DNA from: an uncultured Actinomycetes bacterium
GTDB lineage: Bacteria; Actinomycetota; Acidimicrobiia; IMCC26256; DASPTH01
Assembly (NCBI GenBank): GCA_963835985.1
Contig: CAWIHV010000003.1
Span: forward strand, 100,006-164,005
Direction: 5' to 3'
Length of the DNA stretch: 64,000 bases
Of this stretch, positions 26,652 to 36,431 are shown in pieces. The notes under the pieces were generated by a model. The model was given only the letters and a program-made list of their open reading frames with translations. It was not told the origin of the DNA and searched no databases. Each line of letters begins with the position of its first letter. The stretch's first letter is position 1. Made by a program: the position numbers and the translations under genes.

Positions 26652-29381
26652 CTACGAGAGCCGCGGGTCGCCGCGGTCGGGATCGATGTCGAAGCGGGCG
26701 ATGGCCTCCTGCACCACCTCGGCCTTGATCGCCTCCGTTTGCGCCAGACCCTGCAGCACCGCGATCACGGTCGACGGCGCGTCGACCTCGAAGTGGCGCC
26801 GCAGCGCGACACGCGTGTCGGAGAAGCCGTAGCCGTCGGTGCCGAGCGTCGAGAACTGCCCGGGTACGAAGCGAGCGACCTGGTCGGGCACCGCCTTCAT
26901 GAAGTCGCTCACCGCGATCACCGGGCCCTCGCTGTCGGCGAGCTGCTGGGTGACATACGGCGTGCGGGCGGGCTCGGTGGGGTGCAGGCGGTTCCAGCGC
27001 TCGGTGCTGAGCGCTTCCTCGCGCAGCATCTTGTAGCTCGTCGCGCTCCACACGTCGGCCGCGACGCCGTACTCGTCGGCGAGCACCTGCTGCGCGTCGA
27101 GCGCGGCGAGCATCGCGGTGCCACTGGCGAGGATCTGCGCCGGCTTCGTGCCGCTCTCACCCGCGACCTGTGAGCGCTGGTAGCGGTACAACCCGCGCAC
27201 GATGCCTTCCTCGACACCCTCGGGCATCGCCGGCATCGGGTAGTTCTCGTTGTAGAGGGTGATGTAGTAGAAGCAGTCCTCGGGCTCGGGCCCGTACATG
27301 CGCTCGATCCCGTCGCGCACGATGACGGCCATCTCGTACGCGAACGCGGGGTCGTACGCCGCGCAGTTCGGGTATGCCGACGCGTACAGGAGGCTCTGGC
27401 CGTCGCAGTGCTGCAGGCCCTCGCCGGCGAGCGTCGTGCGCCCGGCGGTGGCGCCGAGCAGGAAGCCGCGACCGCGCTGATCGCCGAAGCTCCAGATGAG
27501 GTCGCCGACGCGCTGGAACCCGAACATCGAATAGAAGATGAAGAAGGGGATCATCGGCTGGTTCCACGTCGCGTACGACGTGCCCGCGGCGGTGAGCGTG
27601 GCCATCGATCCGGCCTCGGTGATGCCCTCCTCGAGGATGCGCCCGTTGCTCGCCTCGCGGTACGACAGCAGCAGCTCGGCGTCGACGGGTTCGTAGCGCT
27701 GACCGAAGGGTGCGTAGATCTTGTACTCGCGGAACAGCGCGTCGAGACCGAACGTGCGCGCTTCGTCGGGGATGATCGGGACGACTCGCGCGCCGATGTC
27801 GGGATCGCGGAGCAGGTTGCGGAGCAGCCGCGCGAACGCGGTGGTGGTGCTCGCCTGCACCTTCTCGCCCGTGCCCGCGAGCACGTCGGTGAACGGTCCG
27901 CCCGCCTCCGCGCCAGCGGTCGGACTGGTCTCGCGCGCCGGTACCGAGAACATCTTCTGGTGCACGACGCGCTCGGGGACGGAACCGCCGAGCGCGCGCC
28001 GCCTCGCCATCATGTACTCGAACTCGGGCGAGTCGGTGCCGGGGTGCCAGAACGGCGGATCGCCGTCGTCGACCTCGGAGTCAGGGATCGGGATCTGCAG
28101 CCGGTCGCGGAACGCGCGCAGCTCCTTGGGCGTGAGCTTCTTGATCTGGTGCGTCGCGTTGCGCGACTCGATGCCGGCACCGAGCGTCCACCCCTTGACC
28201 GTCTTGGCCAGGATCACGGTGGGGCTGCCCTCGTGTTCGACGGCCATCTTGTAGGCGGCGAACAGCTTGCGGTAGTCGTGACCGCCGCGGGGCAACATGC
28301 GCAGGTCGTCGTCGGTGAGGTGCTCGACCATGCGCTGCAGGCGCGGGTCGGGACCGAAGAAGTGCTCGCGGATGTACGCGCCGCTCTCGACCGCGTACTT
28401 CTGGAACTGCCCGTCGACCGTGCTGTTCATCTGGTTGACGAGCACGCCGTCGACGTCGCGCGCGAGGAGCTCGTCCCACCCGTGACCCCAGATCACCTTG
28501 ATGACGTTCCAACCCGCGCCGCGGAAGATCGCCTCGAGCTCCTGGATGATCTTGCCGTTCCCGCGCACCGGACCGTCGAGGCGCTGGAGGTTGCAGTTGA
28601 CCACGAAGATCAGGTTGTCGAGCTGCTCGCGCGCCGCGATCGACAGCCCGGCCATCGCTTCGGGCTCGTCCATCTCGCCGTCGCCGACGAACGCCCACAC
28701 CTTCGACTTGCTGGTGTCGACCATCTCGCGAGCCATGAGGTAGCGGTTGAAGCGCGCCTGCGCGACCGCGTTGAGCGGGCCGAGGCCCATCGACACGGTG
28801 GGGAACTCCCAGAACGTCGGCATGCGCCGCGGGTGCGGGTACGACGGCAGGCCGCCGCCGTCGACCTCGCGGCGGAACCGGTCGAGGTGCTCCTCGTTCA
28901 GCCGGCCCTCGAGGAACGCGCGGGCGTAGACACCCGGTGCGGCGTGGCCCTGGAAGTACACCTGGTCGCCGGCGCCGCCGTCGCCCTTGCCGCGGAAGAA
29001 GTGGTTGAAGCCGACGTCGTAGAGCGCGGCCGCCGACGCGAACGTGGAGAGGTGACCGCCGAGTCCGTCGAAGCGATGGTTCGCGCGGTCGACCATGGCC
29101 ATCGCGTTCCAGCGGATGTACGCGCGGATGCGACGTTCGAGCACTTCGTCGCCCGGGAACCACGGCTCCTGCTCGGGCGGAATGGTGTTGATGTAGTCGG
29201 AGGTGACCATCGCGGGGACGCCGACGCCCTGCTCGCGCGCGCGCTCCATGAGGCGCGCGAGCAGGTAGCGCGCACGCGAGCGACCACCGATGTCGATGAC
29301 GGCGTCGAGGGAATCGAGCCACTCCCCCGTCTCCTGCGGATCGATGTCGGGGAGTGAATGCACGAACCCGTCGATGAACAC
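26652..29381 (-). CDS. aceE: Pyruvate dehydrogenase E1 component, homodimeric type
   Basis: Intact 909-aa ORF. The N-terminus DIDPQETGEWLDSLD and the stretch RIRAYIRWNAMAMV..GGH...ASAA.LY.VGFNHFFRG are diagnostic for AceE-type E1. Confidence 0.95.
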   Translation of the reverse strand: MFIDGFVHSLPDIDPQETGEWLDSLDAVIDIGGRSRARYLLARLMERAREQGVGVPAMVTSDYINTIPPEQEPWFPGDEVLERRIRAYIRWNAMAMVDRANHRFDGLGGHLSTFASAAALYDVGFNHFFRGKGDGGAGDQVYFQGHAAPGVYARAFLEGRLNEEHLDRFRREVDGGGLPSYPHPRRMPTFWEFPTVSMGLGPLNAVAQARFNRYLMAREMVDTSKSKVWAFVGDGEMDEPEAMAGLSIAAREQLDNLIFVVNCNLQRLDGPVRGNGKIIQELEAIFRGAGWNVIKVIWGHGWDELLARDVDGVLVNQMNSTVDGQFQKYAVESGAYIREHFFGPDPRLQRMVEHLTDDDLRMLPRGGHDYRKLFAAYKMAVEHEGSPTVILAKTVKGWTLGAGIESRNATHQIKKLTPKELRAFRDRLQIPIPDSEVDDGDPPFWHPGTDSPEFEYMMARRRALGGSVPERVVHQKMFSVPARETSPTAGAEAGGPFTDVLAGTGEKVQASTTTAFARLLRNLLRDPDIGARVVPIIPDEARTFGLDALFREYKIYAPFGQRYEPVDAELLLSYREASNGRILEEGITEAGSMATLTAAGTSYATWNQPMIPFFIFYSMFGFQRVGDLIWSFGDQRGRGFLLGATAGRTTLAGEGLQHCDGQSLLYASAYPNCAAYDPAFAYEMAVIVRDGIERMYGPEPEDCFYYITLYNENYPMPAMPEGVEEGIVRGLYRYQRSQVAGESGTKPAQILASGTAMLAALDAQQVLADEYGVAADVWSATSYKMLREEALSTERWNRLHPTEPARTPYVTQQLADSEGPVIAVSDFMKAVPDQVARFVPGQFSTLGTDGYGFSDTRVALRRHFEVDAPSTVIAVLQGLAQTEAIKAEVVQEAIARFDIDPDRGDPRLS

Positions 29382-29449
29382 GTCACCAGGCTATGACCGC
29401 CCACGGTTACCGAGCAGTTACCTGGCCGGGAAACTTGACCATGGCAGCA

Positions 29450-29496
29450 AGGTTGCGTCAGTTGACGTCGTTCTACGACGCCAGGTGACGCAACCT
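29450..29496. repeat. Nested-hairpin repeat, family 1, copy A (partner at 57445..57490)
   Basis: AGGTTGCGTCA-GTTGA-CGTCG-TTCTA-CGACG-CCAGG-TGACGCAACCT. It sits 7 nt downstream of the dxs stop and about 70 nt upstream of the aceE start. Confidence 0.6.
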
Positions 29497-29503
29497 CGGT
29501 GGG

Positions 29504-31278
29504 TCAGCGGTCGTCGAGGAGCTTGGCCACGGTGGCGGCGATGCCCGGGCCGTCGAGGCCGAGGTTGGCGAGCAGCGCGGCGGGCTTGCCGTGCGGGATG
29601 TACGCCGACGGCGTGCCCAGCGCGACGGTCGGCGGCGCCGGCGTGCCGGTGTCGAGCGCGCCGAGCGCAGCTGCGAGCAATGCGCCCACGCCCCCTTCGG
29701 CGATGCCGTCCTCGGCCGTGACCACCAACGGATGACGGCGCGCGTCGGCGAGCATCTTGGGATCGGCGGGGATCGTGCGGATGTCCCAGACGGTGGCGTG
29801 CACGTCGCGCGCGTCGAGCAGCTCGGCCGCCTCCTCGGCGGCTTCCACCATCTTCCCGAGTGCGAGGATGCAGACGTCGTCGCCGACGCGGACGCGCCGC
29901 GCGTTCCGACCGGTGCCGACCGCACCCGGCATCACGTGGCGCGCCACCGTCTTGGGCCAGCGCAGCGCGACCGGGCCCGACGTGATGCGCAGCGCCTCCT
30001 CGAGCATCACCGCCATCTCCTCGTACGACGACGGCGCGAACAGGGTGAGGCCGGGGACCTTGGTGAGGAGCGCGAGGTCGTAGAGACCGTGGTGGCTGGG
30101 GCCGTCGTCGCCCGTGATGCCGGCGCGGTCGACGCAGAACACGACCGGGACGCCGTGGAGACCGACGTCGTAGACGATCTGGTCCCACGCCCGGCTGAGG
30201 AAGGTGGAGTAGATGGCGACCACCGGACGGAGGCCGCGCATGGCCATGCCGGCGGCGGCCGTGACCGCGTGCTGCTCGGCGATGCCGACGTCGAAGCAAC
30301 GGTCGGGGAAGCGCTCGGCGAACGGCAACAGGCCGGTGGAGCCGGGCATCCCCGCGGTGATGGCGACGATCTCGGGCCGTTCCTCGGCCAGCGCGATCAG
30401 CGCGTCGCGGAACGCGGCGGTGTACGACGATCCGTTCGCCCCGACCGGCACGCCGGTCTCGGGGTCGAACGCGCCGATGTCGTGCAGCCGCTTCTCGTCG
30501 TCGGTCTCCGCGGGCAGGTAGCCCTCGCCCTTGTGCGTGAGCACGTGCACGACGACGGGCCGCTCCCGGGCGGCGGCGTCGCGCAGGACCGGCTCGAGCG
30601 CGGCGATGTCGTGGCCGTCGACCGGGCCCACGTAGTCGAGCCCGAGCGACGTGAAGAACGCGGCTGGCTCGCCGGTGTCGCCGCTCGCGTGCCCGGCGAT
30701 GGTGAGGCGCGACACGGTGGGCGCGTAGCAGCGGCCGTTGTCGTTGAGAACGATCACCGCGCGACGACCCGTGGCGCCGAAGTTGTTGAGCGCCTCGTAC
30801 GCGAGGCCGCCCGTGAGCGCGCCGTCGCCGATGACCGCGACGACCGCGTTGTCGTCACCCCCATTCGATCGGGTCGCGTCGCGGGCGACCGCGAGGCCGT
30901 ACGCGTAGCTCACCGCAGTGGACGCGTGGCTGTTCTCGACCAGGTCGTGCTCGGACTCGGCTCGCGACGGATAGCCCGGACATGCCGCCGCCCTGGCGCA
31001 GCCGGCTGAACCCGTCGAGCCGACCGGTGACCAGCTTGTGCACGTACGACTGGTGGCCGGTGTCCCAGACGATGGCGTCGCGCGGCGAGTCGAACACCCG
31101 GTGCAGTGCCAACGTCAGCTCGACCGCACCCAGGTTCGAGCCCAGGTGGCCACCGCTCACCGACACCGCCTCGATCAGGACCTCGCGGATCTCAGCGGCG
31201 AGCGCGGCCAGCTCGGCGGCGTCGAGCGAGCGCAGCGCCTCGGGTCCGTCGATCGCTTCGAGCAAGGAATCCGCCAAT
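29504..31278 (-). pseudogene. dxs: 1-deoxy-D-xylulose-5-phosphate synthase; one frame break near 30975
   Basis: The N-terminal part ([54 protein letters not shown]) is in the frame of ORF 30855..31931. The remainder ([21 protein letters not shown]..) is ORF 29504..30913. The start is uncertain: TTG 31278 gives [12 protein letters not shown], with an alternative GTG near 31336. Confidence 0.85.
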
Positions 31279-31381
31279 TCCGTTCGCCAGTTCGGTGGGG
31301 TCGGCCTCTCAGCGGCCGATCGTACCGTGGTCGTGACAGATGGGCCCTTCCGTGGAACGGCTTGCAGCCTGGGCACAATAG

Positions 31382-31395
31382 ATGTATGCTTACAT
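31382..31395. promoter_or_regulatory. Short inverted repeat ATGTA-TGCT-TACAT in the AT-rich dxs/MarR divergent region (candidate MarR operator)
   Basis: This is the only AT-rich patch in the area. It ends 7 nt before the MarR ATG at 31403. Confidence 0.3.
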
Positions 31396-31402
31396 TCATT
31401 CA

Positions 31403-31925
31403 TGACTGACACGACCGCCTCCGCCGCGCTGGACGAGATCTCCGCGTTCATCACGTACGTGTCCCGCCTCGCCACCAGCGACGCGGTCCGCCGGCGGGTC
31501 GCCGGCGCGGCCGAGCGCCTCGTGACCCCCGCGGAGTCTGCCGCCCTCCGGGCCGTCGCCGACGCCGGGCCGGTCACCTTCAAGGGCCTCGCCGAGCACC
31601 TCGAGCTCGACCAGACCACCATCAGCCGCACCGCCAACCGGCTCCTCGAAGACGGATTGGTCGCGCGCGAGACCGACGCCGACGACCGGCGCAAGGCCTG
31701 GCTCACCATCACCACCGAAGGCGACGAGATGCTGCACCGTCTCCAGCACGTCGCCACGCAGTGGTACGAGGTCGCGATCTCGGAGTGGACGCCCGAGGAG
31801 CAGCAGGCGCTCGGCGCCGCGCTCGCCCGGTTCCGCCACGATCTGCAACGCCTCGAGTTCGACGGTGCCGGACGCGCCGTCGCCCTTCGCCGAACCAGCC
31901 CGACGACCAGGAGGTGTGCGCGTGA
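31403..31925 (+). CDS. MarR-family transcriptional regulator (3' end uncertain)
   Basis: The winged [48 protein letters not shown] is present. As written the frame runs on to 32148. A TGA at 31923 in another frame would give a GTGA overlap with the next gene, suggesting a frame break near 31885. Confidence 0.7.
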
Positions 31926-33148
31926 GCGCACAGGACCACTACACCATCATCTCGGCCGACACGCACGCCGGCGCCAACCACCAGACCTACCGCGAGTACC
32001 TCGACCCGCAGTACCTCGACGACTTCGACACGTGGCGCGGCAAGTACAAGAACCCCTGGAAGGACCTGCGCGACACCGACCTGCGCGTCCGCAACTGGGA
32101 CGACGACCGTCGCGACCGCGACCAGCTCGCCGACGGCGTCGTCGGTGAGGTGATCTTCCCGAACACGGTGCCGCCCTTCTACCCCGGCTTCGTCCTCTTC
32201 GCGGGTCCTCCGGAGCCCGAGGAGTACGCGCACCGTCGCGCCGGCATCCACGCCCACAACCGCTGGATGGTCGACTTCTGCGGCCGCAAGCCCGCGCAGC
32301 GCGCCGGCATCGGCCAGTTCTTCCTCAACGACGTCGACGACGCCATCGAGGACGTGAAGTGGATCAAGGAGCACGGTCTGCGCGGCGGCGTGCTGCTGCC
32401 GAACGTCCCGCCGGACGTGAAGTACGTGAAGCCGCTCTACGACCCGTGCTACGACCCGCTGTGGGCGACGATCGAGGACCTCGAGATCCCGCTCAACCTG
32501 CACTCGGGCACCGGCTCGCCGAACTACGGCCGCTACGCGTCGGTCCCGATGATCATGATCAGCGAGGTGCCGTTCTACGGCCAGCGCCCGTTCGTGCACC
32601 TCCTGCTCTCGGGCGTGTTCGAGCGCTTCCCGCGCCTGAAGTTCATCTTCACCGAGGGCTCGGCCGCCGGCATCGCCGATGTCGTCAAGCGGCTCGACCC
32701 GATCATCGAGAACGTGCGCAAGGGTGAGATCGGCGAGCTGAAGTACACCGCCGAGAACGCGCTGCCGCGCTCCGCGAGCGAGTACTTCGCGCGGCAGTGC
32801 TGGGTCGGCGCGAGCTTTCCCAGCATCCCCGACGCCGAGGTGCGCACGATGATGGGTGCCGACCGCTTCATGTGGGGCAGCGACTACCCGCACGACGAGG
32901 GCACCGCGCCCTACACCCGTGAGCACCTGCGCCAGGTGTTCCACGAGGTCGGTGAGGCCGACATGCGAGCCATCCTCGGCGAGAACGCGGCGAAGCTCTA
33001 CGACTTCGACATGGATGCGCTCGCGCCGCTGGCCGAGCAGTACGGGCCGACGGTCGAGGAGCTGTCGCAGCCGCTCGCCGCGCTGCCGTCGGACGCCAAT
33101 GAAGCGCTCCTCCGCGTCAAGCGCCAACAGGAGGAACGCGCCGCGTAG
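31922..33148 (+). CDS. Amidohydrolase-2 family (PF04909-type) protein, paralog 2 (close paralog of 42858..44085)
   Basis: GTG at 31922 after AGGAGG. Motifs: [20 protein letters not shown] and [12 protein letters not shown]. The ORF is intact. Confidence 0.85.
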   Translation: MSAQDHYTIISADTHAGANHQTYREYLDPQYLDDFDTWRGKYKNPWKDLRDTDLRVRNWDDDRRDRDQLADGVVGEVIFPNTVPPFYPGFVLFAGPPEPEEYAHRRAGIHAHNRWMVDFCGRKPAQRAGIGQFFLNDVDDAIEDVKWIKEHGLRGGVLLPNVPPDVKYVKPLYDPCYDPLWATIEDLEIPLNLHSGTGSPNYGRYASVPMIMISEVPFYGQRPFVHLLLSGVFERFPRLKFIFTEGSAAGIADVVKRLDPIIENVRKGEIGELKYTAENALPRSASEYFARQCWVGASFPSIPDAEVRTMMGADRFMWGSDYPHDEGTAPYTREHLRQVFHEVGEADMRAILGENAAKLYDFDMDALAPLAEQYGPTVEELSQPLAALPSDANEALLRVKRQQEERAA

Positions 33149-33163
33149 CCGACCACATGCGTT

Positions 33164-33206
33164 CCTGCGTCGAAGTTGCGGTGTATCGCCGCAACTTCGA
33201 CGCAGG
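33164..33206. terminator. Perfect 18-bp-stem hairpin, family 2 repeat, copy C (related copy at 41703..41742)
   Basis: CCTGCGTCGAAGTTGCGG-TGTATCG-CCGCAACTTCGACGCAGG, between convergent stops at 33148 and 33217. Confidence 0.6.
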
Positions 33207-33216
33207 TTCGTGAGGA

Positions 33217-33976
33217 TCAGGTGCCCGTGAAGTTCGGGGCGCGCTTCTCGGCGAAGGCGCGGGCGCCCTCTTTGGCGTCGTCGCTCGCGAACACCGACGC
33301 GGCGCGGCCGCGCCACATGGCGATGTCGGGATCGAGGAGGCCGCGGGCGTCGAGCGCGATCTCCTTGGTCAGGGCGACGGCGAGCGGGGCGTTCGCGGCG
33401 ATCTGCTCCGCGATCGCGATCGCCACCGGCAGCACTTCCGCCGCGGGCACGACGCGGTTCACCAATCCGTAGTGGAGCGCACGGGCCGAGTCCATCGGTT
33501 CGCCGGTGAGCGCGAGCTCCAACGTGACCGCAGGCGGGAGCCGGAGCGACGCACGCGTCGTCGCGCCCACGCCGACCAATCCGCGCTTCACCTCGGGCAG
33601 CCCGAACGTGCGCGTGCTCGGCGGCCACGATGATGTCGCAGCCGAGCATCACGCCGAACCCCCCGGCGACCGCGGCGCCGTTCACCGCGGCGATGATCGG
33701 CTTCGGGTAGCAGCGCTCCACGAACACGGTGGTGCCGGGTCCGTCGCCCGGTCCGATGGGCTCGCCCGCGGCGAACGCCTTGAGGTCCATGCCCGCGCAG
33801 AACGCCTTGTCGCCCGCGCCGGTGAGCACGATCGCCCGCACGTCGGGATCGGTCTCGGCCCCGACGAACGCGCTGCCGATCTCGCGGAACAGATCGCGAT
33901 TGAGCGCGTTGCGTTGTTCGGGCCGGTTCATCGTCAGCACCAGGACGCCGTCCCGGAGTGCTTTCGCGAGCACCAT
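33217..33976 (-). pseudogene. Enoyl-CoA hydratase/isomerase (crotonase) family; one frame break near 33610
   Basis: LVLTMNRPEQRNALN..VLTGAGDKAFCAGMDLK..IAAVNGAAVAGGFGVMLGCD continues in ORF 33217..33591 as KRGLVGVGATT..LTGEPMDSARALHYGLVN. Confidence 0.85.
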
Positions 33977-33993
33977 GCCGCGAATCTTGCCGC

Positions 33994-34731
33994 ATGACCG
34001 ACGATCTCGCGAACTCCCCGCTCCCGGCTGACACCGTCGGACTCCTCGAGGGCCTCACGTCGACCCGGGCCATCCGCCGCTACCGCGACGAACCGGTGCC
34101 GCCGGAGGCGCTCCGGGCGATGTTGTTCGCCGCCACCCGGGCGCCGAGCGGATCGAACCGTCAGCCGTTCCGCTTCATCGTGCTCACCGACGGCCCGAAG
34201 GCGCAGCAGGCGAAGGAGCTCATCGCCACCGGGGCCCGGAAGGTGTGGTCGGGCAAGCGTTCGAACGACGGCTACGACCAGGGTTCGGGCACGGTCGACA
34301 ACTCCCCCAAGGCGCGCATGGCCGCCACGATGCAGCGCTACACCGACGAGTTCGAGCGCGTCCCCGTGCTCGTGCTCCCCTGCCTGGTCCGCTACCGCGA
34401 TCCCACACCTTTCGAGGGTGCGTCGATCTTTCCCGCGGTGCAGAACCTGCTGTTGGCCGCGCGTGCGCTCGGCTACGGCGGTGTCCTCACCGGTTTCCAC
34501 GCGCTCGTCGAGCCCGAGCTCCGCGAGCTGCTGGAGGTCCCCGAGGGCGTGTTCATGGCCGGCACCATCACCATCGGCAAGCCCGAGGGCAACCACGGAC
34601 CCGTGCGGCGCCGACCGCTCGGCGAGCTGATCTACGGAGAAGGCTGGGGCGTGACGCCGGAGTGGGCCGTCGACCCGGTGGGCACGAAGCACACGCAGGC
34701 CGGCCCGCCCAAGACTGCTCCGACGACCTGA
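33994..34731 (+). CDS. Nitroreductase-family protein (paralog 2 of 3)
   Basis: TRAIRRYRDEPVPPEALRAMLFAATRAPSGSNRQPFRFIVL and IFPAVQNLLLAARALGYG are present. The ATG at 33994 is only 17 nt from the divergent start at 33976. Confidence 0.85.
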   Translation: MTDDLANSPLPADTVGLLEGLTSTRAIRRYRDEPVPPEALRAMLFAATRAPSGSNRQPFRFIVLTDGPKAQQAKELIATGARKVWSGKRSNDGYDQGSGTVDNSPKARMAATMQRYTDEFERVPVLVLPCLVRYRDPTPFEGASIFPAVQNLLLAARALGYGGVLTGFHALVEPELRELLEVPEGVFMAGTITIGKPEGNHGPVRRRPLGELIYGEGWGVTPEWAVDPVGTKHTQAGPPKTAPTT

Positions 34732-34749
34732 CCGCCGTACAGTGCCGCG

Positions 34750-35524
34750 ATGACCGAGAACTCGGAAGACGTCCTGCTCGTCGAGTCACACGGCGCGGTG
34801 CGACTGCTCACGCTGAACCGGCCCGACGCGTTCAACGCGACCAATGAGGTGCTCCACGGCGCGCTCGCCCAGGTGTGGGAGCGGCTCGCCGCCGACACCG
34901 ACATGCTCGCACTGGTGATCACCGGCGCCGGGCGCGCGTTCTCGGGCGGTGGCGACCTCAACCTCCTCGACCGCATGGTCCACGACACCGACCTGCGCGC
35001 CGCGATCATGGAAGAGGGCGCGGTCATCGTCCGCGGCATGGCGAGCATCGAGGTGCCGATCATCGCCGCGGTGAACGGACCTGCGGTCGGGCTGGGCTGC
35101 AGCCTGGCGGGGCTGAGCGACATCGTGCTCATCGAGGAGCAGGCGTACTTCTCCGACCCCCACGTTCGCGCTCGGGCTCGTCGCGGGCGACAGCGGCGCG
35201 ATGACGTGGCCACTGCTCACCAGCCTGCTGCGGGCCAAGGAGTACATCCTCCTCGGCGACCGGGTGTCCGCGGACGACGCGGTGCGCCTCGGGGTCGCCA
35301 ACCGCGTGGTGCCGACCGGCACCGCGGTCGAGGAGGCGCTCGCGCTGGGTCAGCGGATCGCCAAGCTCCCGCCGCAGTCGGTGCGCGAGACGAAGCGGTT
35401 GCTCAACAGTGCCGTGCACGCCGCCATCGCCGGTCTGCTCGACTCCGCGATCGCCACCGAGACCCAGTCGTTCGACGAGCCCGCGTTCCGCGCCAACCTC
35501 GCCCGCATGCTCGAGAAGAGCTAA
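34750..35524 (+). pseudogene. Enoyl-CoA hydratase/isomerase (crotonase) family; one frame break near 35165
   Basis: VRLLTLNRPDAFNA..VITGAGRAFSGGGDL..IAAVNGPAVGLGCSLAGLSD continues in ORF 35201..35524 as MTWPLLTSLLRAKEYILLGDRVSADDAVRLGVAN. Confidence 0.85.
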
Positions 35525-36431
35525 AGCGGCAGCAGGGGCGGGAGTGTGCGGCTGGCCAGCAGATCTTGGCCGAGCTGCTTGGTGAGGAGCGCGCTCGAGC
35601 CGAACAGCTGATCGAGCACCCAGATGCGCCGCAGGTAGCGGTGGAGGTCGTGCTCGGTCGTGAACCCGATGCCCGCGAGCACCTGCTGGCAGTGCTTCGC
35701 GGCCACGCGCGCGCTGCGCCCCGCGGTGGCCTTCGCCATCGCGGCGGTCACCGGCGTGGGGTCGAGCCACGCGGCGTCGACGACCGCAGCGGCTGTCTCG
35801 ATGGCGACGAGTGTCTCGGCCAGCCGGTGTCGCACCGCCTGGAACTTGGCGATCGGCTGGTCGAACTGGATGCGTTCCAGCGCGTGCTCGCGCGCCAGGG
35901 CCAGCGAGCGGCGAGACACACCGATCAGCTCGTGCGCCAGCGCGAGCTGCGCGAGCCGGACGCCCTCCGCCCAGTCGACCGACTCCGCGTCGACGACCTC
36001 GACCTCGCCGGAGACCTCGACCAACCCGAGGTCAGGATCGATGCCGTGCACCACGCGCGTCTCGAGCGCGCCTGCGTCGACGATGGACCCGACGACCAGG
36101 TAGGACGAGCGGGCTGACATCGCGAGTCCCCGAACCGTTCCCCTCGTACGCGGGCGACGTCGGTGACACCGATCGGGGGCAGCACCACCGCGGTATCGGT
36201 GTCGAGCTCGCGTCCGAGCCCGAACGCGACGACCCGATCGAGCGCCGACGACCGCGTGCACGCCTCGCCCTGCAGCTCGAACAACGTCGACACCGCGGCG
36301 CGCGTGTCGAACGCCAGCGCGTCGTTCCATCCGAGCTCCGCGACAGAATCGTCGAGCGCGTCCCCCGAGTACTGCTCGGTCGCCGCGCGGAGGCTCCGCG
36401 CGAACAGCTCCAGGTCGTCGCCCTCGATCAT
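35521..36431 (-). pseudogene. Acyl-CoA dehydrogenase-like small subunit (C-terminal-domain type); one frame break near 36150
   Basis: MIEGDDLELFARSLR.. continues in ORF 35521..36513 as ..ALAREHALERIQFDQPIAKFQAVRHRLAE..GGIGFTTEHDLHRYLRR. The start overlaps the stop of the upstream ACAD (ATGA). Confidence 0.75.

Noticed and set aside
27408-29357. A 649-aa ORF on the plus strand. Similar long ORFs occur at 8167..9111, 9241..10998, 29591..31009, 43853..45214, 45000..46334 and 48595..50394.
   Set aside because: All lie antisense to, or out of frame with, genes that carry clear family motifs (aceE, the desaturase, dxs and others). Their translations are Arg/Ala/Gly/Pro-rich, which is typical of shadow ORFs in very GC-rich DNA.
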